Virus record (IMG/VR): IMGVR_UViG_3300027747_002969
Span: 1 to 64,000 of that record
Direction: 5' to 3' (one strand)
Source: a virus
Length of the DNA: 64,000 nt
Of the stretch, positions 20,565-29,281 are shown one piece after another. A model generated the notes under the pieces. It was not told where the DNA came from. It did not search any database and saw only the letters and a program-made list of their open reading frames with translations. The position numbers and the translations under genes were made by a program. The first letter of the stretch is position 1. Each line of letters starts with the position of its first letter.

Positions 20565-21440
20565 ATGAAGTTTGTAGAATTTCTAGAAAAACCAAAGAAT
20601 ATGTCTGCTGCTGACGGCGGCTCACAGAGTGAATCTGTTATTAGCGAAAAAGATGACAATGAAAAAACACATGCACCCTACCCTGGGCAGAGTTCGGGCA
20701 GACTGAAAAACTACATCAAACGTAACTATGGTGGCAAAATTTCCTGTAGAAAAGCCGGTTCGGTTCTAAATGATCCCAATGCAGGCAATTTCTATAAAAA
20801 ACGAGCCAAATGGTACAAGAGCCTGCACTGTCTTGGTCGCAAACAGGTGAGAGAAGATGACGAAGGTGCTGTTTTGACCATTTTTGACATAGATGACACG
20901 CTGATGAAAACCACTGCAACTGTTTTGATCCGCAGGCCAGACGGGTCAAAACAAGAACTAACTTCTGCTGAATTCAACCATTATAAGTTAAAGCCGGGTG
21001 AAGAATTTGATTTTGGTCGGTTTAAAGATGCGGAACTTTTTCGCGCCACCAGTAGACCCATCAAAGATCTCTGGAGAACTGCACAGCAAACAGTGAATAC
21101 AGTAGGTCGTCGTCCAGGTTCGCGTGTAGTTATAGTTACAGCGCGCAGTGACCTTGACGACAAGAGCAAGTTTCTCAAAACTTTTGAAGATCATGGCCTA
21201 GATATGAGCAAGGTGCATGTGTTCCGTGCAGGCAATCTTGGTTCTGGCAGTTCGGCTGAAAACAAGAAAATTATCATAGAAAAATTACTGAGAACTGGTA
21301 GATTTACTGAAACTCGGCTATTTGATGATCATATGGCCAATCTTCAAGCATTTCTATCTTTGAAAACACAGTTTCCACATGTGGTATTCAAGGCCTATCC
21401 TGTGGTCAATGGCAAAATGGGCAGACCAATTATTGTTTAA
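20565..21440 (+). CDS. HAD-superfamily phosphatase-like protein with an N-terminal extension
   Basis: IFDIDDTL, VTAR, conserved Lys and FDD motifs; begins MKFVEFLE. Confidence 0.75.
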   Translation: MKFVEFLEKPKNMSAADGGSQSESVISEKDDNEKTHAPYPGQSSGRLKNYIKRNYGGKISCRKAGSVLNDPNAGNFYKKRAKWYKSLHCLGRKQVREDDEGAVLTIFDIDDTLMKTTATVLIRRPDGSKQELTSAEFNHYKLKPGEEFDFGRFKDAELFRATSRPIKDLWRTAQQTVNTVGRRPGSRVVIVTARSDLDDKSKFLKTFEDHGLDMSKVHVFRAGNLGSGSSAENKKIIIEKLLRTGRFTETRLFDDHMANLQAFLSLKTQFPHVVFKAYPVVNGKMGRPIIV

Positions 21441-21485
21441 GAGACGTAATCTCTGCTATGTTTATGCACAGAATTGGAGATAATC

Positions 21486-21977
21486 GTGACTGTTTTGATT
21501 GCACATCGTGGATTGACTCGGGGTCCAGACCCCCATATTGAAAATACACATTCAGCCATTACGCAGGCTAGACAACAGGGCTATGATGTTGAGATAGATG
21601 TTTGGTACTGTGATGGTTCATGGTGGTTGGGTCATGATCAGCCACAATATGCACTAGATCTTGCCTGGCTGAGAACCATGGATCGACAAGATAATCTTGA
21701 CATGCACCACGTATGGATACATGCCAAAGACATAAAAACTCTCTATCAACTGAGACTGTGTCGCTGGGGCGGCCATGTGTTTTTCCATGAAAATGATCCT
21801 GTGACTTTGACCACAAGTGGATATATTTGGACATTTCCGGGGCAGTCACTGACACCCTTGAGTGTGTGCGTTATGCCAGAATCGGCAGGCATGCTTGACA
21901 CCATAGCCCAAGTTGATGTCTGGGGAATCTGTAGTGATTATATAGACAGTATTGCTTTGCAAGTAAACCAAAAATAA
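21486..21977 (+). CDS. Glycerophosphodiester phosphodiesterase-like protein
   Basis: IAHRG...ENT...DVEIDVW...GHD...GICSD. Confidence 0.75.
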   Translation: MTVLIAHRGLTRGPDPHIENTHSAITQARQQGYDVEIDVWYCDGSWWLGHDQPQYALDLAWLRTMDRQDNLDMHHVWIHAKDIKTLYQLRLCRWGGHVFFHENDPVTLTTSGYIWTFPGQSLTPLSVCVMPESAGMLDTIAQVDVWGICSDYIDSIALQVNQK

Positions 21978-22014
21978 CCGCCGATAAATATCCTACACAG
22001 CGTTGGGAATCATC

Positions 22015-23010
22015 ATGCAGACTATTCTGGTAGCCGGAGTTTTAAATCAGCCCTATGGTAGTTGGCCAGCGGCCAGCCAAAGCGATGACGGCATAACTTG
22101 GAGCGACATCACTAGACCATTTGACGTTGGTGATTTCTGTACTGCTTTGGCCACAAATGGTGGTGTGGTCGCAGTGGCTAATCAGCGAGGTTATCTAGCC
22201 ACCACAACTGACATGGTCACATGGAGCCATACTGAGATCAATGATGGATTTGGCACAGTTGGCCTTGGTCATGCCCGGGATCACAACGGTCATGATCATT
22301 GGTTGGCTGTGGGCAGTTACAATTACATCAATGGATACGGTCCCTATCCTGCCTTTTCAGAAGTGGCACAAATATATAGATCCAACCGCGCTGATCTTGG
22401 CTGGGCTATGGTTTGGACCAGCAACAACAACAGCCTCTTGTATCAAGTGGCATATTTTAAATCCGCACCAATAAGCAACAGCGAGACTGCTGATGTCTGG
22501 GTTGCTGTGGGCAATAATGGCAGCAACCGTGGTGAAATAATCTATAGCCTCGACTATGGTCTATCATGGGCAGCAGCAGCAGTACCACAGGGTGTTGAAA
22601 TTATCTACAGCACAGCGCTGTATCAAAGAGCAGGACAACTGGTGTGGTATTGGGGTTGCAAAGGCCGCTTGTTTATTACCAATTCGCTGCATGACACGGT
22701 CTGGGAAGAAGTGAGTTTGGATGCTGAAGATACTGCTGTGTCCATCACAGTCAACAGCACCGGTGCTATGGTGGTCACTGGGGTGAATAGGCTTTATATC
22801 ACTCTAAACGGTTTGGTTTTTTCCAAATTCAGTGTATCTGGTTATGTTTTCAACGGTGTAACGGTGTTTGACTATGACAATGGTTCAAGATGGTTGGCCT
22901 GGGCACGCAGCGGGCTCAATCAATGGACCATGTGGTACACAGACAATCTCTTGTCCTGGGAACCCTGGAACAACGGTATTGAAGTACAGGGGTCAACTGT
23001 CAATGCTTGA
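22015..23010 (+). CDS. Hypothetical beta-propeller/BNR-repeat protein
   Basis: SDDGITW and SLDYGLSW Asp-box-like repeats. Confidence 0.55.
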   Translation: MQTILVAGVLNQPYGSWPAASQSDDGITWSDITRPFDVGDFCTALATNGGVVAVANQRGYLATTTDMVTWSHTEINDGFGTVGLGHARDHNGHDHWLAVGSYNYINGYGPYPAFSEVAQIYRSNRADLGWAMVWTSNNNSLLYQVAYFKSAPISNSETADVWVAVGNNGSNRGEIIYSLDYGLSWAAAAVPQGVEIIYSTALYQRAGQLVWYWGCKGRLFITNSLHDTVWEEVSLDAEDTAVSITVNSTGAMVVTGVNRLYITLNGLVFSKFSVSGYVFNGVTVFDYDNGSRWLAWARSGLNQWTMWYTDNLLSWEPWNNGIEVQGSTVNA

Positions 23011-23066
23011 TTGACCACCAGTTGCAGATAACCATATGCTTGATATACTGCAATAAGGAGTATAAA

Positions 23067-23339
23067 ATGAGTATAGGTTCACTTTCCGCTGGTGACAAGG
23101 CACGACTACAGGGTCTGATCAACGAAGGCGTGCAGGCCATGATTGATATTGCATCTATGCGAGATGGCCTCAAGGAAACCATTGAAAACATCGCAGAAGA
23201 ACTGGACATCAAAAAGACTGTGCTGAACAAGGCCATCACCATTGCCTTTAAAAACAACCAAAACAAGGACAAACTGACCGAAAGCCGTGAAGAGTTGGAC
23301 GAGGTTGAACAGGTGTTGATGGCAGCAGGTCGAGCATAA
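23067..23339 (+). CDS. Small dsDNA-binding protein (T4 DsbA/GapR-like)
   Basis: LKETIENIAEELDIK...LNKAI helical pattern; RBS aaggag. Confidence 0.55.
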   Translation: MSIGSLSAGDKARLQGLINEGVQAMIDIASMRDGLKETIENIAEELDIKKTVLNKAITIAFKNNQNKDKLTESREELDEVEQVLMAAGRA

Positions 23340-23341
23340 AA

Positions 23342-24343
23342 ATGAAAAAATGGATCTTCATCACCGGAGGATGCGGCTACATAGGCAGCCATGTAGCAGC
23401 TGAAATCAAAGACAAGACTGACTATTCGGTGCTGTTGATCGATCGACGTGCTAAAGAATTAGTACACACTACTAAATTCTGCGATATGGTAGCCGATGAG
23501 GATTTTGCCAGCAAGGTCAGCCAGGAAGCCATTCGCGAATATCGACCAGAAACTGTGATACATCTGGCTGCCAACAGCACGATTGGTTCCAGTATGACCA
23601 ATCCTGCTGGCACCTGGGAAAACAACGTGACCAAAATGCAGCAGTTGCTGTCATGCTGTGTGCAGAATCAAATTCGCAATGTAATTTTTGCCAGCAGCAG
23701 TTCGGTTTATGCAGATCAACATGTGGCCATTGATGAATCGCATGCATTGTCCCCCTACAGTCCATATGCTACTACAAAGATGGTTGGCGAAATGATGCTG
23801 AGAGATTGGTACGGGGCGCATGGTATACGCAGCCTAAGCCTGCGTTTTTTCAACGTAGCAGGAGCACATACCAAATACGATCTTGGAGAGTTGCAGGGCA
23901 GCAGCCATTTGATGGCCAAGATTATGGAAAGTGTAGTAGATGGCCGTGATTTCACTGTATGGGGCAGGGACTGGCCTACTCCGGACAAGACTGCCATACG
24001 TGACTATACGCATGTCTTAGACATTACCGATGCAGTCTTATTGGCAATAAAATGGCTGCCAAACAATCACGGCGCGCATGTGATGAATCTTGGCGGTGGC
24101 CAAGGTCGCAGTGTACAGCAAATGATCAACACTACCGAACTGTTGTTGAGCAAACAACTGCCATATCGATACGGCAATCGTTTGGATGGAGATAGTGCCA
24201 TGAGATTTTCCAACAATGCTTGTGCATTAAAACTACTGGGTTGGCAACCCAGTCGTGGATTAAATGACATCATTTTGGACAGTTTCAAATGGTACAACAG
24301 TGACATGTATCGTTCATTAACGCAAGCAAAAATTGTCTATTGA
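23342..24343 (+). CDS. galE: UDP-glucose 4-epimerase
   Basis: TGGCGYIGSH, SSSSVY, YATTK, RFFNVAGA, IRDYTHV. Confidence 0.88.
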   Translation: MKKWIFITGGCGYIGSHVAAEIKDKTDYSVLLIDRRAKELVHTTKFCDMVADEDFASKVSQEAIREYRPETVIHLAANSTIGSSMTNPAGTWENNVTKMQQLLSCCVQNQIRNVIFASSSSVYADQHVAIDESHALSPYSPYATTKMVGEMMLRDWYGAHGIRSLSLRFFNVAGAHTKYDLGELQGSSHLMAKIMESVVDGRDFTVWGRDWPTPDKTAIRDYTHVLDITDAVLLAIKWLPNNHGAHVMNLGGGQGRSVQQMINTTELLLSKQLPYRYGNRLDGDSAMRFSNNACALKLLGWQPSRGLNDIILDSFKWYNSDMYRSLTQAKIVY

Positions 24344-24387
24344 ATGTCTCTGATAGAGAGATTATAACTGAGTTAGGAGGTACAGAC

Positions 24388-26082
24388 ATGTATGTTGATG
24401 CATTCTATGAACGTGATAAAAATCAAATATTAGTAGTAGAGCGCAACCGCGCTGGCAAACGCATCTACAACCAATTTCCTACCAAATACTGTGTGTATTG
24501 GCCCAGCGCTCGTGGCAAGTTTAAGAATATCTACGGTACTGCCTGTGAAAAGTATCAAACTACTAAACTGAAAGAATTTACACGAGAAATTAATATCATT
24601 CCCAAGTTGACTCAGCATGAATCGGATATCAATCCAGTGTTCCGCTGCTTCTATGACAACTACAAGGGTGTACCGGGACCAGACCTGCATGTGGCTTTTT
24701 TTGACATTGAAACTGACTTTGATCCTTTACGTGGGTTTTCCAGCACAGATGATGCATTTTCGCCAATAACTGCCATCTCAATCTATCTCAAATGGTTGGA
24801 AAGAAACTTTACCATGGTGATCAAACCCAAAGACATGGATCAAACCACTGCTGAAGAAATTGTAGCCAAATTTGCCGATACAGTTCTGTGTGAAAGCGAA
24901 AAAGAACTGCTAGAACTGTTTCTGGGCATCATAGATGATGCTGATGTGCTGAGTGGTTGGAATTCCGAAGGCTATGATATTCCCTATATACACAATCGCA
25001 TAGTACAGGTCTTGGGCAAGGAAGAAACACGCAAGTTGTGTCTCTGGGGAAAATATCCCAAGCGGCGTGAATACGAAGCCTATGGACGTCAGACTGTGAC
25101 GTATGATCTAGTTGGTAGGATACACCTTGATTATCTACAACTGTATCGCAAAAATACCTATCATGAAATGCACAGTTATCGTTTGGACTTTGTGGGAGAA
25201 TATGAAGTTGGTGATAAGAAAACACATTACGAAGGCAGTTTAGATAGTCTCTACAACAACGATTTTGAAAGATTCATAGAATATAATCGCCAAGACGTCA
25301 TGTTGTTGGTAAAGATCGATGCTAAAAACAAGTTCATAGAACTCAGCAACAATCTAGCACATGAAAACTGTGTGCTGCTGCCAACCACTATGGGTGCAGT
25401 GGGGTTGATCGACCAGGCTATTGTTAACGAATCTTGGGATCTTGGATTTGTTGTACCAAATCGCAAGAATGATCGCGCGAAACACCGCAGTGACGACGAC
25501 GATGAGGATGACGATTCGGTCGACATATCTGGTGTGGTTGGGGCATATGTGGCTGATCCAAAACAGGGCATGCATGATTGGATTGGCGGTGTTGACATCA
25601 ACAGTCTCTATCCCAGTGCCATTCGTGCACTGAATATGAGTCCGGAGACTATCGTTGGCCATATCCGCCCAGAAAGCACCGACAAGCTCATCACCAAACG
25701 CATGAAGTCTGAAAAAAAATCATTTGCTGATGCGTGGAACAGCATGTTTGGCACATTGGAATATAACCAAGTGATTAATCAAGATCTCACACCAATAACA
25801 GTGGATTTTGAAGACGGTAACAGTCAAACTGTGTCAGCCAGTGAACTGTATGATTTGGTTTTCAAAAGTGGTAAGAATCTCATACTCAGTGCCAATGGTA
25901 CTATATTTACCGGTGACAAGCAGGGCATTATACCCGGTCTGTTGAGTCGTTGGTACAGCGAGAGAAAAGAACTGCAGGCTGAGATGCGACGATATGGGGA
26001 TCTCTGTGCCAACGGCATAGAATTGTCAGCTGATCTAGCAGATGAGGTTAGACAGATCCTTGCTGCAAACCAGACAACCTAA
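24388..26082 (+). CDS. polB: Family B DNA polymerase, N-terminal subunit (exonuclease, motif A, first fingers helix)
   Basis: FFDIETD, WNSEGYDIPY, YNRQDV, DINSLYPSAI, IIPGLLSRWYSERK; RBS aggagg. Confidence 0.93.
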   Translation: MYVDAFYERDKNQILVVERNRAGKRIYNQFPTKYCVYWPSARGKFKNIYGTACEKYQTTKLKEFTREINIIPKLTQHESDINPVFRCFYDNYKGVPGPDLHVAFFDIETDFDPLRGFSSTDDAFSPITAISIYLKWLERNFTMVIKPKDMDQTTAEEIVAKFADTVLCESEKELLELFLGIIDDADVLSGWNSEGYDIPYIHNRIVQVLGKEETRKLCLWGKYPKRREYEAYGRQTVTYDLVGRIHLDYLQLYRKNTYHEMHSYRLDFVGEYEVGDKKTHYEGSLDSLYNNDFERFIEYNRQDVMLLVKIDAKNKFIELSNNLAHENCVLLPTTMGAVGLIDQAIVNESWDLGFVVPNRKNDRAKHRSDDDDEDDDSVDISGVVGAYVADPKQGMHDWIGGVDINSLYPSAIRALNMSPETIVGHIRPESTDKLITKRMKSEKKSFADAWNSMFGTLEYNQVINQDLTPITVDFEDGNSQTVSASELYDLVFKSGKNLILSANGTIFTGDKQGIIPGLLSRWYSERKELQAEMRRYGDLCANGIELSADLADEVRQILAANQTT

Positions 26083-26112
26083 GTTTGATCATTGCATCGT
26101 TTTGGTTGGCTG

Positions 26113-26142
26113 TTGACATATCATCAACAGGTTTGGTATATT
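26113..26142 (+). promoter_or_regulatory. Internal sigma70-like promoter upstream of the second polymerase gene
   Basis: TTGACA-N18-TATATT with TG extension; ggag RBS at 26157. Confidence 0.45.
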
Positions 26143-26166
26143 ATGATGAACAATATGGAGCTCCAA

Positions 26167-26359
26167 ATGGAAACAATTGACAGCTTGGTAAAGAAACGGG
26201 ATGCTCGGGGTATAGCAGCATTTATCGAATCCAATGGATTGGCTCTAAACGAGTCCAATCGCATGACAGCCGTATCGAGTCAAGCCAAAACTCGCTGCAA
26301 GCGCCAACAAGACTTCTATGATCAGCGCCAGCTTATCAAGAAAATCTTGCTTAATTCGT
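26167..26359 (+). CDS. polB: DNA polymerase piece 2, exon 1 (second fingers helix, motif B QLIKKILLNS)
   Basis: Ends ...DQRQLIKKILLNS plus t; splicing to tg-tat-gga gives NSLYGA. Confidence 0.85.
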
Positions 26360-26613
26360 AGATCTGCGACGCTGATTGGCAACAATCAGATGACAACTGC
26401 TCTAATTGCTGGAAACTCCCTGACAGGGACAATCAGCAGCCAAGCGTTGGAAACAACGAAGGTTCAACGACTAGATCGAAAGATCGTAGATCCAAGTGGA
26501 TCGAAATGGGCAGCATCCCACGTGGATGGTGATATAGTCTCCTCTGCATGGTAACATGCAGCAGTGCTGTTAAAGCACGGGGCAGCATTAACGACGCTGT
26601 CTGAAGATCAAGG
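26360..26613 (+). mobile_element. Group I self-splicing intron (IA-like, no ORF) in polymerase motif B
   Basis: P AATTGCTGGAAA 26404, Q AATCAGCAG 26431, R GTTCAACGACTA 26462, S GATATAGTC 26531; P1 with U26359-G26366 wobble; P3 CTGCTC/GGGCAG; terminal G; removal restores the reading frame. Confidence 0.92.
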
Positions 26614-27131
26614 TGTATGGAGCTATTGGTAATCCCAGCTCAAGGTTCGCAGACAACCGAGTGGCACAGAGCACCACTTTGACTGGTCGTTGCATTGTCA
26701 AACACATGGCAGGAAAGATTAATGAAACGATTGCAGGCGATTACAATCACACAGGGGTATCAATAATTTACGGGGATACCGATTCGGTTGACGCCGAATC
26801 AATTATTAGAACCAATTTAGGTGATAAAACTGTTGAAGACTTGTTTCTGAGTGGTAGTCTTTTTTGGCAAGAGGGCAACAAGGAATATTCAAGAAACGAT
26901 GCAGTCCAAGTTGTCAGCTATCTTCCTGAAGAAAACAAGACAACTCTGTCCAAATATAATTATGTCTATCGTCATAAGGTACGGAAAAAGAAATATAGGA
27001 TTACCACGTCTAGTGGCAAATCAGTTATTGTTACTGAAGACCATTCAGTTATGGTGTTGATTGATGGACAACTGGTAGAAAAAAAGCCAACTCAGTTGAC
27101 AAAAAATGATAAGGTTATTACCTTGTCATAA
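26614..27131 (+). CDS. polB: DNA polymerase piece 2, exon 2 (LYGA...YGDTD) fused to the N-intein
   Basis: YGAIGN, TTLTGR, IIYGDTD, followed by intein sequence. Confidence 0.9.
26784..27128 (+). mobile_element. Split intein N-fragment (115 aa, Ser1, no Cys)
   Basis: Block A SVDAESII directly after YGDTD; block B VTEDHSVMV; stop codon follows. Confidence 0.9.
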
Positions 27132-27189
27132 ACAATTGTTCAACTATGCTGCGCCTGGTGTGTTGGGTTTGGTTAACGGATTCAACACA

Positions 27190-27293
27190 CTAAGATCAAG
27201 GTCGCCACAGAAAGATGCTTTTAAGTGAAATAGTTTGCTGGAGAGAATTTGAAAATTCTCAAACAAATCATAGAGGAAGGTTTTAAATGGTGA
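27190..27293 (+). pseudogene. Decayed 3' remnant of a Vsr/EDxHD-like homing endonuclease
   Basis: Broken-frame translation KIKVATERCF*VK/(I)VCWREFENS/KQIIEEGFKW resembles the C-terminus of Vsr-like HEGs. Confidence 0.4.
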
Positions 27294-27418
27294 ACCACCT
27301 AATAGAGACGATTGAATCAATTGAAGAATTGGGAGAATTTGAAGATGAGTATGTCTATGACATAGGTATTGATCCAACTCACCCCTACTTCTTTGCAAAT
27401 GATGTTTTGGTTCACAAC
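27287..27418 (+). mobile_element. Split intein C-fragment (44 aa, ends His-Asn, +1 Ser)
   Basis: Block F YVYDIG, block G FFANDVLVHN/S. Confidence 0.92.
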
Positions 27419-28270
27419 TCCGCTTATTTCTCGGCCTATCCGGTGATGAAAGATTCACCAGATTTCCAAGACTTTGAATGGACCAAGGAAGCAGTGGTAG
27501 AACTCTATGACAAGATTGGAGACATAACCAATGCCAGTTTTCCTGATTTTATGCGTGCAGCTTTCAATTGTCAGCCCAGCAGTGGAGCCATTATACGTGC
27601 AGCGCGAGAACTCTGCGCACTGAAAGGTCTATTCATTACTAAAAAACGCTATGCTGTTTTGATCTATGACAAAGAAGGCAAGAGGAAAGATTCCAATGGC
27701 AAGCCAGGTGAGATCAAAGCCATGGGTCTTGATCTCAAACGCAGCGATACTCCCAAGATCGTGCAGGATTTTCTCAGTGACATCTTGGTTGATGTATTAA
27801 CTGGCAGTACAGAACGGGACATTCAACAGAAAATTCTAGAATTCCGCAAGGAATTTCGCAGTTGGCCTGGTTGGCTCAAGGGTTCTCCCAAGCGTGCCAA
27901 CAAGATTACACACTATCAAAACATCATCAACAGTCAGGGTCCGCGAGGTACCATTCCCGGACATGTGCTGGCCAGCATCAACTGGAATCGATTGAAAAAG
28001 ATCTATGGCGATCATTATAGCCAGTCAATACAAGATGGTGCCAAAGTCATAGTGTGTAAATTGCGATCCAATCCCAGTGGCTTAACATCCGTAGCATATC
28101 CTGTTGATGAATTGACACTGCCGCAATGGTTCAAAGATCTACCATTTGATGAAGAAGCAATGGAGTCAGCATTGATTGACAAGAAGTGTCAAAACCTTCT
28201 GGGAGTGCTGTCATGGGACCTCGAGTCAAATCGCGAGAACAGCAGTTTCAGCGATCTATTCAGTTTTTAA
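27287..28270 (+). CDS. polB: DNA polymerase piece 3: C-intein plus palm remainder and thumb
   Basis: HN|SAYF junction; KKRYA, KAMGLDLKRSDTP, PGHV; RBS gaggaagg. Confidence 0.92.
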   Translation: MVNHLIETIESIEELGEFEDEYVYDIGIDPTHPYFFANDVLVHNSAYFSAYPVMKDSPDFQDFEWTKEAVVELYDKIGDITNASFPDFMRAAFNCQPSSGAIIRAARELCALKGLFITKKRYAVLIYDKEGKRKDSNGKPGEIKAMGLDLKRSDTPKIVQDFLSDILVDVLTGSTERDIQQKILEFRKEFRSWPGWLKGSPKRANKITHYQNIINSQGPRGTIPGHVLASINWNRLKKIYGDHYSQSIQDGAKVIVCKLRSNPSGLTSVAYPVDELTLPQWFKDLPFDEEAMESALIDKKCQNLLGVLSWDLESNRENSSFSDLFSF

Positions 28271-28288
28271 AACAAGGAACAGCAAATA

Positions 28289-28492
28289 ATGGCCACTAAA
28301 CCCACTACGATATACTCTCCAACTGATCTCAAAACACTTGTTGACGCACTCAATGGAGCGCCATCATACTTGTCAAAGCGATTCATACTGAAGTGGCTCT
28401 GCGGTTGGACAGACGAAATGATCGAAACCAACATGCGTATGAAACAGGAAGAAGACTATCAACACAAGACTGGAGAAAAGACATGGCGTTAA
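28289..28492 (+). CDS. Hypothetical protein
   Basis: RBS aagga; fills the gap between polymerase and clamp. Confidence 0.55.
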   Translation: MATKPTTIYSPTDLKTLVDALNGAPSYLSKRFILKWLCGWTDEMIETNMRMKQEEDYQHKTGEKTWR

Positions 28493-29226
28493 AAGACTAT
28501 ATCAAAGACCTTACCACCTACGTGACTCCCACGGGGTTTTTTGACAAGATCAAGGTAGCGGCTACTACCAAAGAAATCACAGTTGAAGCCATGGAAAAGG
28601 AAAAGGAAGTGATTCTCAAGGGTCGCTTTACCAAACCTTTGAGCGACCTTACTGGCGAGTTTGGGCTCAGTAATCTTTCACTGCTGCAGACTATCACCGG
28701 CGATCAGCAATTTCCTCATGCCGAAAGCACACTTGCCATCACCTATGAGTCCAAAGCAGCAGAAAAGATCCCAACTGAACTGGCCTATCAAAACAAAAGC
28801 AAAAGCCATATCAACTATCGATTCATGGCCAAACAACTGCTGCCAGACCAGCCCAAGTTTATGGAGCCCAAGTGGGATGTCACAGTAACACCCAGCAAGG
28901 CCAACATACAGCAGTTGACCTGGGCAGCCAATGGTCTTGGTACCTATGAGCAGTATTTCATTCCCAAGATTGTGGATGGAGACCTCATGTTTTTCATCGG
29001 TGAAGACAATGCAGCAACACAGCGCGGTGGGGTAGTATTTGCCAGCGAACGCAGTGAAACATTTGTCAGCGATCACAAATGGAAGATTGCGCAGATACTG
29101 TCGGTTTTGAAATTGGCAGACACCTGTGATTGCGAAATGTCTTTTTCTATCAAAGGTGCTATTCAAATCACCCTCAATACTGGTGTAGGAACCTATCGTT
29201 ATATTTTCCCTGCAAAAGTGCGTTGA
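28483..29226 (+). CDS. Putative sliding clamp (gp45-like)
   Basis: About 247 aa beta-rich protein near the polymerase; GEFGLSNL, INYRFM, YRYIFPA. Confidence 0.65.
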   Translation: MALKDYIKDLTTYVTPTGFFDKIKVAATTKEITVEAMEKEKEVILKGRFTKPLSDLTGEFGLSNLSLLQTITGDQQFPHAESTLAITYESKAAEKIPTELAYQNKSKSHINYRFMAKQLLPDQPKFMEPKWDVTVTPSKANIQQLTWAANGLGTYEQYFIPKIVDGDLMFFIGEDNAATQRGGVVFASERSETFVSDHKWKIAQILSVLKLADTCDCEMSFSIKGAIQITLNTGVGTYRYIFPAKVR

Positions 29227-29233
29227 ACATCTT

Positions 29234-29258
29234 GGAGATCACTGTGACAGTGATCTCC
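29234..29258. terminator. Perfect 11-bp inverted repeat after the clamp gene
   Basis: ggagatcactg-tga-cagtgatctcc; no clear U-tract. Confidence 0.45.
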
Positions 29259-29267
29259 TATAGATTT

Positions 29268-29275
29268 TATAAATA
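29268..29275 (+). promoter_or_regulatory. T4-type late promoter TATAAATA
   Basis: Exact consensus 6 nt before ATG 29282. The TAAATA core recurs at 3716, 7358, 9781, 15452, 16463, 20535, 21985, 45229, 54459, 55075 (+) and 1896, 2784, 3680, 20471, 52370, 59315 (-). Confidence 0.7.
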
Positions 29276-29281
29276 ACCAAG

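Noticed and set aside
26318-26554. 78-aa ORF inside the intron as a homing endonuclease
   Set aside because: No LAGLIDADG, HNH or GIY-YIG motif; it merely overlaps the ribozyme core
24388-28270. Polymerase as a frameshifted pseudogene or a product of stop-codon recoding
   Set aside because: The breaks coincide with an intron and an intein whose removal restores motifs B and C. TAA, TAG and TGA all end intact genes elsewhere in the window.
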